Notes under the pieces: generated by a model
What the model was told of the DNA's origin: nothing
The model's input: the letters and a program-made list of their open reading frames with translations, nothing else
The model's database searches: none
Shown here: one piece after another, positions 33,524 to 36,524 of the stretch
Layout of the letters: each line of letters starts with the position of its first letter
Numbering within the stretch: position 1 is the first letter of the stretch
Source: Thraustochytrium aureum
Lineage: Eukaryota
Direction: 5' to 3'
Assembly: GCA_012862495.1 (NCBI GenBank)
Contig: BLSG01000328.1
Coordinates: forward strand, 1-36,524
Length of the DNA stretch: 36,524 nt
Position numbers and translations under genes: made by a program

Positions 33524-34759
33524 NNNNNNNNNNNNNNNNNNNNNNNNNNNNNNNNNNNNNNNNNNNNNNNNNNNNNNNNNNNNNNNNNNNNNNNNNNNNN
33601 NNNNNNNNNNNNNNNNNNNNNNNNNNNNNNNNNNNNNNNNNNNNNNNNNNNNNNNNNNNNNNNNNNNNNNNNNNNNNNNNNNNNNNNNNNNNNNNNNNNN
33701 NNNNNNNNNNNNNNNNNNNNNNNNNNNNNNNNNNNNNNNNNNNNNNNNNNNNNNNNNNNNNNNNNNNNNNNNNNNNNNNNNNNNNNNNNNNNNNNNNNNN
33801 NNNNNNNNNNNNNNNNNNNNNNNNNNNNNNNNNNNNNNNNNNNNNNNNNNNNNNNNNNNNNNNNNNNNNNNNNNNNNNNNNNNNNNNNNNNNNNNNNNNN
33901 NNNNNNNNNNNNNNNNNNNNNNNNNNNNNNNNNNNNNNNNNNNNNNNNNNNNNNNNNNNNNNNNNNNNNNNNNNNNNNNNNNNNNNNNNNNNNNNNNNNN
34001 NNNNNNNNNNNNNNNNNNNNNNNNNNNNNNNNNNNNNNNNNNNNNNNNNNNNNNNNNNNNNNNNNNNNNNNNNNNNNNNNNNNNNNNNNNNNNNNNNNNN
34101 NNNNNNNNNNNNNNNNNNNNNNNNNNNNNNNNNNNNNNNNNNNNNNNNNNNNNNNNNNNNNNNNNNNNNNNNNNGACTCCTCCCGTGGGCGTCGTGCGTT
34201 ACCTACTAGAGTAACTAGTGCGCCTCCGAGTGCCGAGTGCACAAGGACTCGACTGAATGTACGAGGTTACGCCGAGAGGCGGAGGGATACGCCGTGAGGG
34301 CGGCCGGCGGGCTGACACGCGACTGCCTCTGGCGTTGCAGCCGGGAGCGTTTCTCTCCGCCGGCAGAGAGGGGGCAGGAATCTGGACCCTCTCGCAGCAG
34401 CAGAGCGGATTTTAGATGGACTCGGAGGTAGAGGGGAAAGTAGGTAGAGGTACGGCAGCACTGCGTAAGTGGACCACTGTGAGAGCAGCGAGCCCGGGGT
34501 AACGTTGAGGCAATCGAGCAATCGGCTCGAGCACCGCCGAGGAGCGCCAAAGAGTCCCCGAATGCCCCGTTGTGCTGCTGTGAACGCCAGCAGTAAGGTG
34601 CTGTAGGGGGGCAAGAAGGGGCGTTTGAGAGGAATCGCGGGCGTTTGTGGCGTGGAGGCGGTCGATTTTGGCGCGCCTTGACCCGGCATGGATTGCCTTT
34701 TTTTCTGTTCTGGTCCTCCAATTCAAGTTCCCCCTCCTAACGCTTTTTTTTCGCTGCTG

Positions 34760-34834
34760 GAGAGGAACTCGCCGGTGTGCGATTTCCGGATTGAGAGGAA
34801 CTCGCGCACCCGCTGCGGGCCGGTTGAGAGGAAC
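34760..34834. promoter_or_regulatory. Three GAGAGGAAC motifs at 33-bp period in the divergent CLK/UTP10 intergenic region
   Basis: Copies at 34760, 34793 and 34826, plus a variant GAGAGGAATC at 34627. The regulatory role is inferred from position only. Confidence 0.45.
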
Positions 34835-34996
34835 GCAGGGGTGCGCGGAACGCCTTTTGGTGGGGCGAGCACCAACCAAAGCGAGCGGCAGACTGCGAAC
34901 GAGGCGGAACGCGCGGCACGGGATACGACCTGGGCTACCGGTGAAAAGCGCGCGAAAAGGAAAGCGGCCACGCTCGCGGCGTTGGCGCTCGCGAGA

Positions 34997-36524
34997 ATGT
35001 CCAGCGCCCTGGCGCAGCAGCTGGCGCAGGCCAGGGCAAAGGCCCCCGCCGCCTCGCTGCACGCGAGCAACAAGCAAAAGACAAGGCCCTCCGTGCTCTT
35101 CTCGCCAACGGAGGCTGCCGACTATGACCGCAAGACCATCTACCACCTGGGCCTGAACGGGCCGCAGGAGCTCGTCGACAGCGGCGCGCGCGAGCTCGAG
35201 CAGTTTCGCGAGCCGCTCTTCGGCTCGGCCGTCGCAGAAACAGAGCGCGACCTGCAGGACTCGGAGACCAACAAGGCGCTGGACGCCGCGCTCGACGCCT
35301 GCCTTGCCGCCTTGGGGCCCTACCTGCTGCGCAAACCCGCCCTCAAGGTTCTAGAGTACTTTGTGCGCCACTTCGAAGTGCACGTGCGCAACGCGGACCG
35401 ACTCCTCACTGTCGCGCTCCCCTTCCACGACACAGACCTTCTTTGCCTCCATCGTGGCGCTCCCCGCCCGCATCGAGCGCACGCGCTGGGCGTTCCTCCG
35501 CCCCATCGGCAAATCCCGCGAGCCCCTCACGCGGCAGCAGCTCGTCAAGGCATGCCTCACGGAGCCAGCCCTGCTTCAAGCAGCCGCCGACCTCGTCGAC
35601 CTCCAGCCCGAAAGCGACCGGCCGCCGGCCTTCCTGGCCGTGCTCGCCGCAGAGGTCATCTTTGCCGCAGCCCAAGGGAAGCGCCACGGCAACGCCGATC
35701 CAGAACTGCTCGCCGAGAAGGTAGTGCCAATCCTCGTGTCTCCGGCGCTGGCAGCCCTTCGTGACGCTGACCGGCCCGAGCACCAGCGCGCCGGCTACAT
35801 CATCGTCGCGCAGCTCGCCAAGCACGGCCAGCTCTCAGACAAAGCGTGCCGTCTCTTCCTCCTGTCAGCACTGCGGAAGGCGTCGCAGCCACGCTCCCCG
35901 CGGCGCTTCAGTGCGCTGCGGTCGTTCTCTTCTTCGGCCCCTCTGATGCCGCGCTCCCGGACAAGTGCGTCAACCGCCTCGCGCGCAAGTTTGATGCTGG
36001 CCACGTCTCCTCGGCGATCGTCGAGGCCTTCACCGCCTCGCCGTCCGCAGGGCCGGGAGCACGCCTCGTCGACGACCTGTTCGCTCAACTCGCCGTCAAC
36101 ACTGAAGACGACGTCCGCCACGACGAGCTCTTGCTCGCATGCCTGCGCGTTTGCACCCCGTTGTCCGTCGGGTCCCTCTTCGCCGGCCTGGCGAGCCGCC
36201 ACGCCACCATCGCCGCGGCCGGCGAGCCCCAAAACGAGCGGGCTGCTTTGCTGGAGCAGGCCGCACAGGCGCTGGCTTCCGCTCGCCCGGCGGCGATTGA
36301 CCGCGTCCTCGCTCACGGCGCGGATGAAGCGCTCTTCGCGTTCGCTTCCGCATGCTTTGCCAAAGGGGCAGCCGGCGAGGCGGACGCGGCCGCTCCCGGG
36401 GAGGCGCTCGTCGGGTCGCGGCCCGTGCAGGTTGGCGGAGTTCACACCACGCTCCGACTCGCTTTGCACCACACTGCGCCCGCAGTGCGCGCGCATGCGC
36501 TCGCCCAGCTCCTCGACTCGGCCG
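34997..36524 (+). CDS. UTP10: U3 snoRNP protein UTP10/HEATR1, N-terminal part (indel near 35438; continues past window)
   Basis: MSSALAQQL...PSVLFSPTEAADYD...GLNG...LGPYLLRKPALKVLEYFVRHFEVH...LPFHDT. After a 1-nt shift the frame continues as FFASIV...RWAFLRP...AGYIIVAQLA. Confidence 0.9.

Overview
GC-rich, gene-dense, almost intron-free eukaryotic scaffold (protist-like; a stramenopile such as a thraustochytrid is my guess, not proven) with ten N-gaps and several single-base indels that split conserved genes. Recognisable genes in order: RCC1+BTB protein, NIPA-type Mg2+ transporter, TMEM184/OST-alpha-like transporter, hypothetical protein, IMPACT, PHD/ePHD chromatin protein, extended SDR, TIR-like/NACHT-like/WD40 (NLR-like) protein, sterol desaturase/fatty-acid hydroxylase, coiled-coil protein, GAPDH (one 67-nt intron), mitochondrial 2-oxoglutarate/malate carrier, a RelA/SpoT-like nucleotidyltransferase-domain protein, LAMMER/CLK kinase and UTP10/HEATR1. 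The most unusual element is a low-GC intergenic island (about 28480-28890). It carries five regularly spaced (91-94 bp) copies of a palindromic 16-nt motif, GAGCAGCTCTTTGCTC, separated by diverged spacers, directly upstream of the RelA/SpoT-like gene.
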